64,000 nt of DNA from Macrostomum hystrix (taxonomy: Eukaryota; Animalia; Platyhelminthes): assembly GCA_950097015.1 (NCBI GenBank), contig CATNEN010000010.1, positions 1,984,001-2,048,000 of the forward strand, read 5' to 3'. Under the pieces are notes generated by a model. It did no database searches and was not told the origin of the DNA. It saw nothing but the letters and a program-made list of their open reading frames with translations. Below are positions 33,975 through 47,476 of this stretch, piece after piece; within the stretch, counting starts at the first letter, position 1; every line of letters starts with the position of its first letter. Position numbers and translations under genes: made by a program.

Positions 33975-36075
33975 AGAGGGAGACAGATGAGAGAGGGGCA
34001 GATGAGAGAGGGGCAGATGAGAGAGGGGCAGATGAGAGAGGGGCAGATGAGAGAGGGGCAGATGAGAGAGGGGCAGATGAGAGAGGGGCAGATGAGAGAG
34101 GGGCAGATGAGAGAGGGGCAGATGAGAGAGGGGCAGATGAGACAGGGGCAGATGAGAGAGGGCAGATGAGAGAGGGGCAGATGAGAGAGGGGCAGATGAG
34201 AGAGGGGCAGATGAGAGAGGGGCAGATGAGAGAGGGGCAGATGAGAGAGGGGCAGATGAGACAGGGGCAGATGAGAGAGGGGCAGATGAGACAGGGGCAG
34301 ATGAGAGAGGGGCAGATGAGAGAGGGGCAGATGAGACAGGGGCAGATGAGAGAGGGGCAGATGAGAGAGGGGCAGATGAGACAGGGGCAGATGAGAGAGG
34401 GCAGATGAGAGAGGGGCAGATGAGAGAGGGGCAGATGAGAGAGGGGCCGATGAGAGAGGGGCAGATGAGAGAGGGGCCGATGAGAGAGGGGCAGATGAGA
34501 GAGGGGCAGATGAGACAGGGGCAGATGAGAGAGGGCAGATGAGAGAGGGGCAGATGAGAGAGGGGCAGATGAGAGAGGGGCCGATGAGAGAGGGGCAGAT
34601 GAGAGAGGGGCCGATGAGAGAGGGGCAGATGAGAGAGGGGCAGATGAGACAGGGGCAGATGAGAGAGGGGCAGATGAGAGAGGGGCAGATGAGAGAGGGG
34701 CAGATGAGACAGGGGCAGATGAGAGAGGGCAGATGAGAGAGGGGCAGATGAGAGAGGGGCAGATGAGAGAGGGGCAGATGAGAGAGGGGCAGATGAGACA
34801 GGGGCAGATGAGACAGGGGCAGATGAGAGAGGGGCAGATGAGACAGGGGCAGATGAGACAGGGGCAGATGAGAGAGGGGCAGATGAGAGAGGGGCAGATG
34901 AGAGAGGGGCAGATGAGAGAGGGGCAGATGAGAGAGGGGCAGATGAGAGAGGGGCCGATGAGAGAGGGGCAGATGAGAGAGGGGCCGATGAGAGAGGGGC
35001 AGATGAGAGAGGGGCAGATGAGACAGGGGCAGATGAGAGAGGGGCAGATGAGAGAGGGGCAGATGAGAGAGGGGCAGATGAGACAGGGGCAGATGAGAGA
35101 GGGCAGATGAGAGAGGGGCAGATGAGAGAGGGGCAGATGAGAGAGGGGCAGATGAGAGAGGGGCAGATGAGACAGGGGCAGATGAGACAGGGGCAGATGA
35201 GACAGGGGCAGATGAGACAGGGGCAGATGAGAGAGGGGCAGATGAGAGAGGGGCAGATGAGAGAGGGGCAGATGAGACAGGGGCAGATGAGAGAGGGCAG
35301 ATGAGAGAGGGGCAGATGAGAGAGGGGCAGATGAGAGAGGGGCAGATGAGAGAGGGGCAGATGAGACAGGGGCAGATGAGACAGGGGCAGATGAGAGAGG
35401 GGCAGATGAGACAGGGGCAGATGAGAGAGGGGCAGATGAGAGAGGGGCAGATGAGACAGGGGCAGATGAGAGAGGGCAGATGAGAGAGGGGCAGATGAGA
35501 GAGGGGCAGATGAGAGAGGGGCAGATGAGACAGGGGCAGATGAGAGAGGGGCAGATGAGAGAGGGGCAGATGAGAGAGGGGCAGATGAGACAGGGGCAGA
35601 TGAGAGAGGGGCAGATGAGACAGGGGCAGATGAGACAGGGGCAGATGAGAGAGGGGCAGATGAGACAGGGGCAGATGAGAGAGGGGCAGATGAGAGAGGG
35701 GCAGATGAGAGAGGGGCAGATGAGAGAGGGGCAGATGAGAGAGGGGCAGATGAGAGAGGGGCAGATGAGAGAGGGGCAGATGAGAGAGGGGCAGATGAGA
35801 GAGGGGCAGATGAGAGAGGGGCAGATGAGAGAGGGGCAGATGAGAGAGGGGCAGATGAGAGAGGGGCAGATGAGACAGGGGCAGATGAGAGAGGGGCAGA
35901 TGAGAGAGGGGCAGATGAGAGAGGGGCAGATGAGAGAGGGGCAGATGAGAGAGGGGCAGATGAGAGAGGGCAGATGAGAGAGGGGCAGATGAGACAGGGG
36001 CAGATGAGACAGGGGCAGATGAGAGAGGGCAGATGAGAGAGGGGCAGATGAGAGAGGGGCAGATGAGACAGGGCA
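33975..36075. repeat. 15 bp (occasionally 14 bp) purine-rich minisatellite (gagaggggcagatga), 2.1 kb
   Basis: About 140 copies; source of the 716 and 730 aa spurious ORFs. Confidence 0.99.
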
Positions 36076-36814
36076 GTGGGCAAGCATTAGTAATTTAAGC
36101 GATTAAGACGAACACACATAATCATATACAGATAATACAGTGGCATGGCAATGCGGTACAATGGTAATTAAATTGAAACAGATGCCAAACATGTTGTTCG
36201 CGCCACACGACACAGCGCAAGTCGTGATGCAACACGCTGATATGTGTTACACATCCGCGTGGTAACCGGACACGACTGACCTTTCCCGTTGTACCAGCGC
36301 CCGACCCCGCGAGTGAGCAAGCGAAACTGAAAGCTGTGGTAACCTGACACCAAAGCAGCTGAAGACTGTAATCGCATCGATGCGAATTCTGACACCTCCG
36401 CCACCGCCACTGCCCGCAGCCGGGGAGCGGCGTGAAAAGTCAACAGAAATTTTCACCTGAGGATCGAGAAATTCGATCTCATGACGCTTGCACACTTTGT
36501 TGTTAGTAGCATCCAAACTATAACTCAATACGCATTGCATATAGTTCGCAGAGTATGAACGAAAGCGGAAATATGAGAAGCGATATCTGCTTTTTTATAA
36601 TGAACAGCTGTCAAAGTCGCAGATAATACCTAGTGAGCAAAGAGTTCCCTTGGTTACGTATTCACTCAGTCCGTTATTTGACATCAGTCCATCAAATCAA
36701 TGCCATTTTCGCTTTCATTTTCATGATCAGCGATTAGCAATTAGCATTAAACTGAGGGATAACTAGACTTGAATTATCTAATTGACTACAAGGGGCAAAG
36801 TGGGGCCGGGGCGC

Positions 36815-37900
36815 TTTGTCCCCTCTGTGTCGCCTTGTCCCCTCTGTGTCGCCTTGTCCCCTCTGCATCGCCTTGTCCCCTCTGCATCGCCTTGTACCCT
36901 CTGCATCGCCTTGTACCCTCTGCATCGCCTTGTCCCCTCTGCATCGCCTTGTCCCCTCTGTATCGCCTTGTCCCCTCTGCATCGCCTTGTCCCCTCTGCA
37001 TCGCCTTGTCCCCTCTGCATCGCCTTGTACCCTCTGCATCGCCTTGTACCCTCTGCATCGCCTTGTACCCTCTGAATCGCCTTGTCCCGTTGTCCCCTCT
37101 GTGTCGCCTTGTCCCCTCTGTATCGCCTTGTCCCCTCTGCATCGCCTTGTCCCCTCTGCATCGCCTTGTACCCTCTGAATCGCCTTGTCCCGTTGTCCCC
37201 TCTGTGTCGCCTTGTCCCATCTGTATCGCCTTGTCCCCTCTGTGTCGCCTTGTCCCCTCTGCATCGCCTTGTACCCTCTGAATCGCCTTGTCCCGTTGTC
37301 CCCTCTGTGTCGCCTTGTCCCATCTGAATCGCCTTGTCCCCTCTGTATCGCCTTGTCCCCTCGGTATCGCCTTGTCCCCTCTGCATCGCCTTGTCCCCTC
37401 TGCATCGCCTTGTACCCTCTGAATCGCCTTGTCCCGTTGTCCCCTCTGTGTCGCCTTGTCCCATCTGTATCGCCTTGTCCCCTCTGTGTCGCCTTGTCCC
37501 CTCTGCATCGCCTTGTACCCTCTGAATCGCCTTGTCCCGTTGTCCCCTCTGTGTCGCCTTGTCCCATCTGTATCGCCTTGTCCCCTCTGTGTCGCCTTGT
37601 CCCCTCGGTATCGCCTTGTCCCCTCTGCATCGCCTTGTCCCCTCTGCATCGCCTTGTACCCTCTGAATCGCCTTGTCCCGTTGTCCCCTCTGTGTAGCCT
37701 TGTCCCATCTGTATCGCCTTGTCCCCTCTGTGTCGCCTTGTCCCCTCTGCATCGCCTTGTACCCTCTGAATCGCCTTGTCCCGTTGTCCACTCTGCATCG
37801 CCTTGTCCCCTCTGCATCGCTTTGTCCCCTCTGCATCGCCTTGTCCCCTCGGTATCGCCTTGTCCCCTCTGCATCGCCTTGTCCCCTCTGCATCGCCTTG
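36815..37900. repeat. 19 bp minisatellite (cgccttgtcccctctgcat) with variants
   Basis: About 55 copies. Confidence 0.98.
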
Positions 37901-40900
37901 TTATGGCTTCGCTGATTGAATGTACCGGCAGCATAAGTAGGCCGTGTCGCTTGTGCTTGTGCATGTCTAACTGGTGCATGAAAACCAATGAATAGCTCAG
38001 ACTTCGCAGACAGACCAGAAGTTGCAATGATTTTTAGCTCCCTTGAAATGGCTCATAAAGCATTATAGCGGCACCAGTTTCATGCTAAAGAATTCAGCGC
38101 TCCAATTTTCTCCCAAATCCCAGTCTGGGCTGAGCGTAAATCGAAACGGAAAATGATGCAAAAATTTACAACTTCTTGTCTGCAACTGAAAGAGCCCAGA
38201 CCATTTCTTAGAAAGTTTTAATTAAACCTGACCCACTTTCACATCCAATCACGTCACCTGAATCTGAGTTTCATTAAGTTCTTGATACATTCGAACAAGT
38301 TATGTTTTGATTTATTCTACTTCCCCCCAGACCAGACAGAGTTCCCAGACTCGGGGGATCAAATAAGGACAAGAAAGGCATAGAATGCATAACATTCCGT
38401 TTTCTATGTATTTGTGTAGCAAAATAAACTAACAAAAATTAATAACATAACCGATGCTTCTCCGGATCCCACCCAGACACGATTGCCCCGTCTCCGAGAT
38501 CCCAGACACGTCATAACTCCCTCCCTCCCGCCTGTCCTGACTCTGGCTACATTTTAGTCAGACGCTGATTGCGTATAGCGGACCCGAATCCAGGCCACCT
38601 GTTTTGCCATCTGCAGGCTAATTTCTCTTCAATTCTCTTTTTTGCGAATTCCTCCATCTATCTCATTCTCCTCTCTTGCTCTTCTGCTTTTCAAAGCCTA
38701 GCAAATACACCAGCCGGTGTCTGTCTAGTCTGCTGTCTGCAGATTTTGCAGTCTGTCTCAAATACAATAACAGATAATAAGCTATTCCCCAGTGCGTCAC
38801 TTACTGCAAGCAGCTAAACAACTAATTTATTGCTGGGGAGATCACCCTGGCCGGATGAGCCGCATGCCCGCCCGCAGCTCCAGGAAAGACAGGAAAGACA
38901 AGAGAAGACGAGAAGACGGGGCGGGCGGGCCTTGCAGCGGGCTGCCCAATTATCCTATGAGCCCTGATCTAAAACGCTTCTTTTCGTGTGGCCTCGGATG
39001 GGGGTGGTGGCTGACATCTGGCGGATAGAGTGGGTGGCGGGCCGATAAGACCCCCCACCCCACCCGGTTTAAACCCAGGACCCCACGATTGCACAAGGCG
39101 CCGCCCCACCCCCTCCGCCCTCCGCGCCATTCAAGCCAACCCCAAGCCAGGGCCCACTTCAGTTCCAGTATAAAGACTAGGGCAGGAGAGGGGCGCCAAT
39201 CCCTCACCCACACTCGCTCGCTCGCTCCGTCTGCCGCGGTCTAGGCCCCCGAAAAAAGCGGAACCCCATCCAAGCAGAACACGTGCGCCCCTTTGTCTGA
39301 CCTCCTCTCTCCTCCGTCTTGTCTTCCCACCGCTCAAGCCACCGGGCTTCATTGCTAATCCAAGACTTCGTTTTATTCACTTCAGGTAAGTTCTTGCTGG
39401 CATGTCTGACTATAAGTATAGTCATACTTATTCGTACTATATTCAATAATAATACTTAATAAATTTGCTAGTAAAAATGTTTTTAGAAGCTGCAAAGCTT
39501 ACGTACTCGCCATGTTGGTTCCTTCAAATCCTTCATGTCGCTTCCAGCCTCGTCAATTCACAGTATCATATCTTGCCTGTCTAATCTTACCCCTGTCTTA
39601 TCTCTTATCCATCTCACCCCCTGTCTCATCTCATCTCACGCCTATAGTTGTTTAGATTGTTAGGCCCGCGAGTTATATTAGATTGCCGACCCCTGATCGA
39701 TATAAGTTATAAAAATAATCATTTGAGTAGGTTCAAAGTTCGAAGTGACACGTTGATTGTGTAATGTGTTTATATTGCATCTAATATGCAGCGAAGCCTA
39801 TTCTAAAAAAGCTAGGTTAGCCCATAAAATGCCAGTCTGACTGGATTCTCGCCTCAATAAATGTTCACATATTTATTCCTATTCTGATATGGCTTGGGTG
39901 TGACCTTGAAAACAGAATAGCCAGCTATTTATTCTAGGCCATAAAGTGTGCAGTGAGAGAGCCTCAACCAAACTATTCCATTGTGGGAGGGGTCGACGGA
40001 GGCTGGACATCTGGCTCCCAAGCCATCCCCATCCCGACACAAAGACACGAAGCAGGACAGTCCCAGTCCGAACCAATATAAATTGGGCAGAATTATCCGC
40101 ATTCAGTAGGCCCAGAAGATGAAGATTGCTAGCTAAGATAGGACAACAAAGAATAGATCCCATGTTGTTAGGAAACTAATTTATTGGCTTAGTACTCGTA
40201 CTGTGAGTCCCATGCAGAAATCCTGATGGGCAGTTGTAGCTAGCATTGGCACCCACCCAGATACAAGACAGAATGGCAGGCCTGTTGTTTTATCCTCAAT
40301 GGGATCAGACAGATTCCAGGTAATTGCTATGCAAATCTAACAGTTACTAGTGGCGCTGGTTAGCGAGTGTTTTGTTTGGGATTTCAAGACCAGAAGTGGC
40401 AGATTTCATCGTTCGTCTTTAGGACGGGTGATTAAATCAGGCCTATAGTTAAATAGTTGCTAAGCCGTCTCTGTCCCGCGGGCGGATCAAGTCCTGGGAT
40501 CTGTCGCGATGGCGAGCCTTCAAATTCCCCTTGTTTAAGAAGTATTCCCAGTTTGCCAACACGACTAGAGTAGATAATTAGGTGTCACAGCAGGAGGCGG
40601 CAGCGCAGGCAAAGCAGGACTCGGGTGTGTTGCGCAATCCGCCGGACTGGAGGGCTGAGGGCACGGAGGTAGGGCAGAGCTCTTAGACTCAACTCTTACA
40701 CAAACTTGGATGGCGCGGCAATGCGAGAAAGTAAAAGTACAGGACACGCACTTAGAAGCTGTAAAATGGGCACGGGCATCAGGTTGGGTGTCCACGGACT
40801 GAGCAGTTGTACACAGCCTTTGGAAGCGTAGCGGAATAGCTTCGGCTATGTCACTGGCTAGCTGTCATTTAAATCGATTTAACATTAACAGAATATTTAT

Positions 40901-41466
40901 AGATTTATTTTTACCCCAAAACAAGGTGTAGCGGCAGCCAGCCGAATAATTGTGCTCGACCTGCTCATTGGAGCGGCGTGAAGTTCATTTTTCACGGTCC
41001 AAGTCATGAATTATGAATTCATTAAATACCGAGCTGTCTATCTAGAGTGCATTGATTTCTATTGAGCCTTGTCGGACAGGATGTGGGAAGTGTTCTCACC
41101 CAGTGCCCAGTAACCAAGCGCTTCCGTCTTGCACTCTCCCCAGACCCTGCCAGTGGACAAAGGGGATCTCTACTGATGTGTGATTGAAGTGGCTTGCCGC
41201 TCCCACATCCAGTCCCATTTGGGAATTCAGGCATGCGCAAGCCACACCGAATGGGAATAATTGGGATAAATGTGCAAATAATGGACCGTATAATGAGCAG
41301 AAAAAATCCAGCAGAATTTTAAGTGTTTGCAGGTCTTGTTACCAAGCATCGGAATGGGAGCTTTTAACACTTTAACACTTGGGAATAATATCCTGGGGAA
41401 TATCTGGGAGATTTTAGCGAATAAAATATGGCTTCATTGTTCACCCGCTTCCAGACCGACCGAGCC

Positions 41467-42561
41467 ATGACGCGAGAGACCTCTCAACACTGGCCTATCT
41501 ACCGCCGGCCTTCGAGACGGCAGCTCACGAAGACGCTGAGAAAGCTGAAGTCTCTTTTGCCGCCGCCGCCTGCGGTAAGTGGCGCTCGCAGCGAGAGTAC
41601 CTGAGATGATCAGTTTATGATTCGATAGCACCTTAGTGATGTCCAGATATGCTGACTTTCTCATTTGACAGGCACACGGTGACAATACCGAGGATGTTGC
41701 TGACTTCCTCGACCGTCTGGTTGGAGTCTTTGAAGTGGCCACCAGGCATCCAGTTACTGCAGAATGCGGTGAGTGCAACTGGCAGATCGAGACATCGAGG
41801 TGGAGATGTAGGCGGAGAGGGAAGGTGAGATGTAGGCGGAGAGGGAAGGTGAGATGTAGGCGGAGAGGGAAGGTGAGATGTAGGCGGTGAGGGAAGGTGA
41901 GATGTAGGCGGAGAGGGAAGGTGAGATGTAGGCGGAGAGGGAAGGTGAGATGGAGGCGGAGAGGGAAGGTGAGATGTAGGCGGAGAGGGAAGGTGAGATG
42001 GAGGCGGAGAGGGAAGGTGAGATGTAGGCGGAGAGGGAAGGTGAGATGTAGGCGGAGAGGGAAGGTGAGATGTAGGCGGAGAGGGAAGGTGAGATGTAGG
42101 CGGAGAGGGAAGGTGAGATGTAGGCGGAGAGGGAAGGTGAGATGGAGGCGGTGAGGGAAGGTGAGATGGAGGCGGAGAGGGAAGGTGAGATGGAGGCGGA
42201 GAGGGAAGGTGAGATGGAGGCGGTGAGGGAAGGTGAGATGGAGGCGGTGAGGGAAGGTGAGATGGAGGCGGTGAGGGAAGGTGAGATGGAAGCGAAGGGG
42301 TTGAGATGTAGGAAAGCAAGTAAAGAAATCATTTCGTCACCCTGATTAATATCGCTTATTTTTTCAGTGGAGCTAAATCTTCCGGCGCAGCAACAGCAGG
42401 CTCAGCAGCCGCTAACTGAGCGGCAGGCCGACCCTAGCTCGGACAGTGATGAGCAGTCAGAGTCTTCAGATGTCGAATTACCTGTCGTGTCCTGCCTATC
42501 GCGCGAGGCCATCGAGGACATCACGGACGAGCTGTGCGCCCTCGGACCCGTGCGCCTGTGA
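41467..42561 (+). CDS. Putative 132 aa protein with an atypical HLH-like segment and acidic C-terminus
   Basis: Exons 41467-41574, 41672-41768 and 42368-42561 splice in frame (phases 0, 1) with good GT-AG sites. Translation: ...RRQLTKTLRKLKSLLP..DNTEDVADFLDRLVGVF... A likely 5'UTR exon has its donor at 39386, downstream of a GC-rich region. Confidence 0.55.
41800..42290. repeat. 24 bp minisatellite (gagatg(t/g)aggcggagagggaaggt), intronic
   Basis: About 20 copies. Confidence 0.97.
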
Positions 42562-42699
42562 GCTGAGGCTGATCGGACCTTGGGACTGCGGGTACCTGCT
42601 GCTGCTGCTGCTGCTGCCCCCTGTGTACTTGTTTTTGCGGCCCTGAGGATACAGAGGCCTGTATTCTCATCACTAGGCGTCATAGTGCCATAGTCTAAT

Positions 42700-43510
42700 T
42701 TGGCTAGGTGTCATTATCTATTAGGGCTAGGTGTCATTATCTATTAGGGCTAGGTGTCATTGCCTATCAGGGCTAGGTGTCATTGCCTATCAGGGCTAGG
42801 TGTCATTATCTACTAGGGCTAGGTGTCATTATCTATTAGGGCTAGGTGTCATTATCTATTAGGGCTAGGTGTCATTATCTATTAGGGCTAGGTGTCATTG
42901 CCTATCAGGGCTAGGTGTCATCATGTATTAGGGCTAGGTGTCATTATCTATTAGGGCTAGGTGTCATTGCCTATCAGGGCTAGGTGTCATTGCCTATCAG
43001 GGCTAGGTGTCATTATCTATTAGGGCTAGGTGTCATTATCTATTAGGGCTAGGTGTCATTGCCTATCAGGGCTAGGTGTCATTATCTATCAGGGCTAGGT
43101 GTCATTATCTACTAGGGCTAGGTGTCATTGCCTATCAGGGCTAGGTGTCATTATCTATTAGGGCTAGGTGTCATTATCTACTAGGGCTAGGTGTCATTGC
43201 CTATCAGGGCTAGGTGTCATTGCCTATCAGGGCTAGGTGTCATTATCTATCAGGGCTAGGTGTCATTGCCTATCAGGGCTAGGTGTCATTATCTACTAGG
43301 GCTAGGTGTCATTGCCTATCAGGGCTAGGTGTCATTATCTATTAGGGCTAGGTGTCATTATCTACTAGGGCTAGGTGTCATTGCCTATCAGGGCTAGGTG
43401 TCATTATCTACTAGGGCTAGGTGTCATTGCCTATCAGGGCTAGGTGTCATTATCTACTAGGGCTAGGTGTCATTGCCTATCAGGGCTAGGTGTCATTATC
43501 TATTAGGGCT
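42700..43510. repeat. 23 bp minisatellite (gggctaggtgtcatt + atctatta/gcctatca/atctacta)
   Basis: About 35 copies in three interspersed variants. Confidence 0.98.
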
Positions 43511-44029
43511 TTGCTTTGTTGAGAATTTTTGCATCCCAATTACCCCTAAGTAAATTATTCTCCATTGTAAATAGTAGCACTCCTACGAACTCACAACGGC
43601 GGATGTACACATTAAGAATTTTATTTGCTTGCTTTTCACATTACTTCGCTTTTAAAACCACTATGAAGCAGTTTAGTGCTATTTTTTCCCGCATGGAAAT
43701 ATTTTTGTAACTGCACATCCTAACTTTGATTTTATAGTTTAAAGTAGTGTCCGCTCACAGTTTGGAGAAGTCCTTGCCCCCTTGTAAATATCCTGTTATA
43801 TAATATTTATATTGTTATTTTCGTTATGAATGTGTAAATAAAATCACGAAACTGGTAACTTATTTTACCATTGCTAGTTCTAAAGAACAGCTGAGGTCAT
43901 ACTTAAAAATTTAGCCACCTAAAATAATTGCTGCCTAGCAAAGTCTTCACTACACAGACTAACGCACTTTGTGCAATACGCAATAGATTTATTAGAGAAC
44001 TTCTCCCGGAACACTGGGGGATTAACCTC

Positions 44030-44830
44030 AACTGCACACCCTGAGACTTCACCTACCTGAAACTGCACACCCTGAGACTTCACCTACCTGAAACTGCACA
44101 CCCTGAGACTTCACCTACCTGAAACTGCACACCCTGAGACTTCACCTACCTGAAACTGCACACCCTGAGACTTCACCTACCTGAAACTGCACACCCTGAG
44201 ACTTCACCTACCTGAAACTGAACACCCTGAGACTTCACCTACCTGAAACTGCACACCCTGAGACTTCACCTACCTGAAACTGCACACCCTGAGACTTCAC
44301 CTACCTGAAACTGAACACCCTGAGACTTCACCTACCTGAAACTGCACACCCTGAGACTTCACCTACCTGAAACTGCACACCCTGAGACTTCACCTATCTG
44401 AATCCACACACCCTGAGACTTCACTTTCCTGAATCCACACACCCTGAGACTTCACCTACCTGAAACTGCACACCCTGAGACTTCACCTACCTGAATCCAC
44501 ACACCCTGAGACTTCACTTTCCTGAAACTGCACACCCTGAGACTTCACCTACCTGAAACTGCACACCCTGAGACTTCACCTTCCTGAATCCACACACCCT
44601 GAGACTTCACCTTCCTGAATCCACACACCCTGAGACTTCACCTACCTGAAACTGCACACCCTGAGACTTCACCTTCCTGAATCCACACACCCTGAGACTC
44701 CACCTTCCTGAATCCACACACCCTGAGACTTCACCTTCCTGAATCCACACACCCTGAGGGACTTCACCTTCCTGAATCCACACACCCTGAGACTTCACCT
44801 TCCTGAATCCACACACCCTGAAACTTCACC
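44030..44830. repeat. 31 bp minisatellite (ctgcacaccctgagacttcacctacctgaaa)
   Basis: About 25 copies, with a variant gradient from left to right. Confidence 0.98.
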
Positions 44831-46009
44831 TAACTAAATCTTCACACCCTAAAAATTCAACAACCTGAATTAACCCACTCTGCAACTTATTGGCATTGAA
44901 TTACAGAAAAATCAAACTTGTTAACCGGTTCAAATAAAACATTTTGAACGAGGACTCGGAAACAGTTGCGGCTCCAAATCTTGCCAAGTTTTGAATTGGG
45001 AGATTCTGTCCTAGAAATATCAGTGCACATCAGTTTAGACAAGTCGTTGTCATTGTTGCTATACTTGCATGCTTATATGTGACATTATTTCGAGTTGAGC
45101 TCGATCTATCACAGAGGCGTGTGGCATGCCGCCTGCACGCGAAAAAAAATAGACTCAGAGCAGATCACCGCCCAGCTCATCCACTTGAGAGCAACCGGGG
45201 CTCGACCAGTTCTTGTGGGTCCCAGCTTTTTTCTTTCTTCTCCACACCACCCAATACAACAGTTGCCATGCCGGGTTAAGCGCTGGCGGGCCGCCCCGCG
45301 TTGCCATCGCGTGAGCAGAGCTGCTCAGCACGATCAGCACGATCGCTGGTTGCTAGGGGCCAGCGGGCGATCCTTCAGGCTGGCAAGGTCGCCTCGTGTT
45401 AAGCGGACGCACCGTCACCCGCATGTGGAGCTGTCAATGTGAAAAAAATGATTTTTAAGCTGACACTCGCCCGCGTCATCCCGGATGTCCGCATGTCCAG
45501 TCTGTGTTTGTCTTGGCTCAAACATTTCTGAATACATTATCACTCACATATGCAGCAAGTTGCTGTTATTTTTATTTTTACATTTGAATATTTTAGACTT
45601 TGACCAGCTGTCGCTTGAATAAATGACAGCTTGGTCACCTCATTCGCAGTAATATATTAGAAAAACAGCTCAGGCGCTGAAAGGTAAGAGATGTGCTCAC
45701 AGATACTCAGTTGTGATATAATGTATAATGATATACATGTATACTGTACAATGGCCAGGTGTTAGACAATGATAAACAAAAATATGTAAGCATTCTCGCA
45801 CTTCGCTACTTACTGGAGTAGTCAGGTATGCTAAAGCATGCAAAATATAATCCTATAAAAACTGACTTTAAAGACAAAAACAATGAGAAAGTAGACAGTA
45901 CTCAGTAATTCGAATGTTGGAGCAGGTGCGACATGGTGTCAAGGTGATTTGGCGCAGAAATTATTTGTCTCGACAGTTCACAATATATTCCAAACTGTTT
46001 TTGTCAACT

Positions 46010-47470
46010 ATCCCACTGGCCTGAACTCAGCCTGAACTCTCCCACTGGCCTGAACTCAGCCTGAACTCTCGCACTAGCCTGAACTCTCCCACTGGCCTGA
46101 ACTCTCCCACTGGCCTGAACTCAGCCTGAACTCTCCCACTGGCCTGAACTCAGCCTGAACTCTCGCACTAGCCTGAACTCTCCCACTGGCCTGAACTCTC
46201 CCACTGGCCTGAACTCAGCCTGAACTCTCCCACTGGCCTGAACTCTCCCACTGGCCTGAACTCTCCCACTGGCCTGAACTCTCCCACTGGCCTGAACTCT
46301 CCCACTGGCCTGAACTCTCCCACTGGCCTGAACTCTCCCACTGGCCTGAACTCTCCCACTGGCCTGAACTCTCCCACTAGCCCGAACTCTCCCACTGGCC
46401 TGAACTCTCCCACTGGCCTGAACTCTCCCACTGGCCTGAACTTTCCCACTGGCCTGAACTCTCCCACTGGCCTGAACTCAGCCTGAACTCTCGCACTAGC
46501 CTGAACTCTCCCACTGGCCTGAACTCTCCCACTGGCCTGAACTCAGCCTGAACTCTCCCACTGGCCTGAACTCAGCCTGAACTCTCGCACTAGCCTGAAC
46601 TCTCCCACTGGCCTGAACTCTCCCACTGGCCTGAACTCAGCCTGAACTCTCCCACTGGCCTGAACTCTCCCACTGGCCTGAACTCTCCCACTGGCCTGAA
46701 CTCTCCCACTGGCCTGAACTCTCCCACTGGCCTGAACTCTCCCACTGGCCTGAACTCTCCCACTGGCCTGAACTCTCCCACTGGCCTGAACTCTCCCACT
46801 AGCCCGAACTCTCCCACTGGCCTGAACTCTCCCACTGGCCTGAACTCTCCCACTGGCCTGAACTTTCCCACTGGCCTGAACTCTCCCACTAGCCCGAACT
46901 CTCCCACTGGCCTGAACTCTCCCACTAGCCTGAACTCTCCCACTGGCCTGAACTCAGCCTGAACTCTCCCACTAGCCCGAACTCTCCCACTAGCCCGAAC
47001 TCTCCCACTAGCCCGAACTCTCCCACTGGCCTGAACTCTCCCACTAGCCTGAACTCTCCCACTAGCCTGAACTCTCCCACTGGCCTGAACTCTCCCACTG
47101 GCCTGAACTCTCCCACTGGCCTGAACTCTCCCACTGGCCTGAACTCTCCCACTGGCCTGAACTCTCCCACTAGCCTGAACTCTCCCACTAGCCTGAACTC
47201 TCCCACTAGCCCGAACTCTCCCACTGGCCCGAACTCTCCCACTGGCCTGAACTCTCCCACTAGCCCGAACTCTCCCACTGGCCTGAACTCTCCCACTAGC
47301 CTGAACTCTCCCACTGGCCTGAACTCTCCCACTGGCCTGAACTCAGCCTGAACTCTCGCACTAGCCTGAACTCAGCCTGAACTCTCCCACTGGCCTGAAC
47401 TCAGCCTGAACTCTCGCACTAGCCTGAACTCTCCCACTGGCCTGAACTCTCCCACTGGCCTGAACTCTCC
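46010..47470. repeat. 18 bp minisatellite (cactggcctgaactctcc) with 11 bp inserts and a ~422 bp higher-order repeat
   Basis: Diagnostic variants recur 422 bp apart (e.g. actttcccact near 46439 and 46861). Confidence 0.97.
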
Positions 47471-47476
47471 CACAGC

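Noticed and set aside
33895-36087. 716 and 730 aa ORFs (SSAPL / ICPSL / SHLPL) and MREGQ repeats
   Set aside because: Translations of a 15 bp minisatellite. All frames stay open because the unit lacks stops, and 14 bp units shift the frame arbitrarily.
36734-38027. Arg/Gly/Asp-rich ORFs containing many RGD motifs
   Set aside because: Arise from a 19 bp array read through rotating frames; the RGD motifs are incidental.
45079-45442. Protein-like short ORFs (also 51308-51718 and 36168-36540)
   Set aside because: No recognisable motifs, and no pair of phase-compatible splice sites linking them to a gene.
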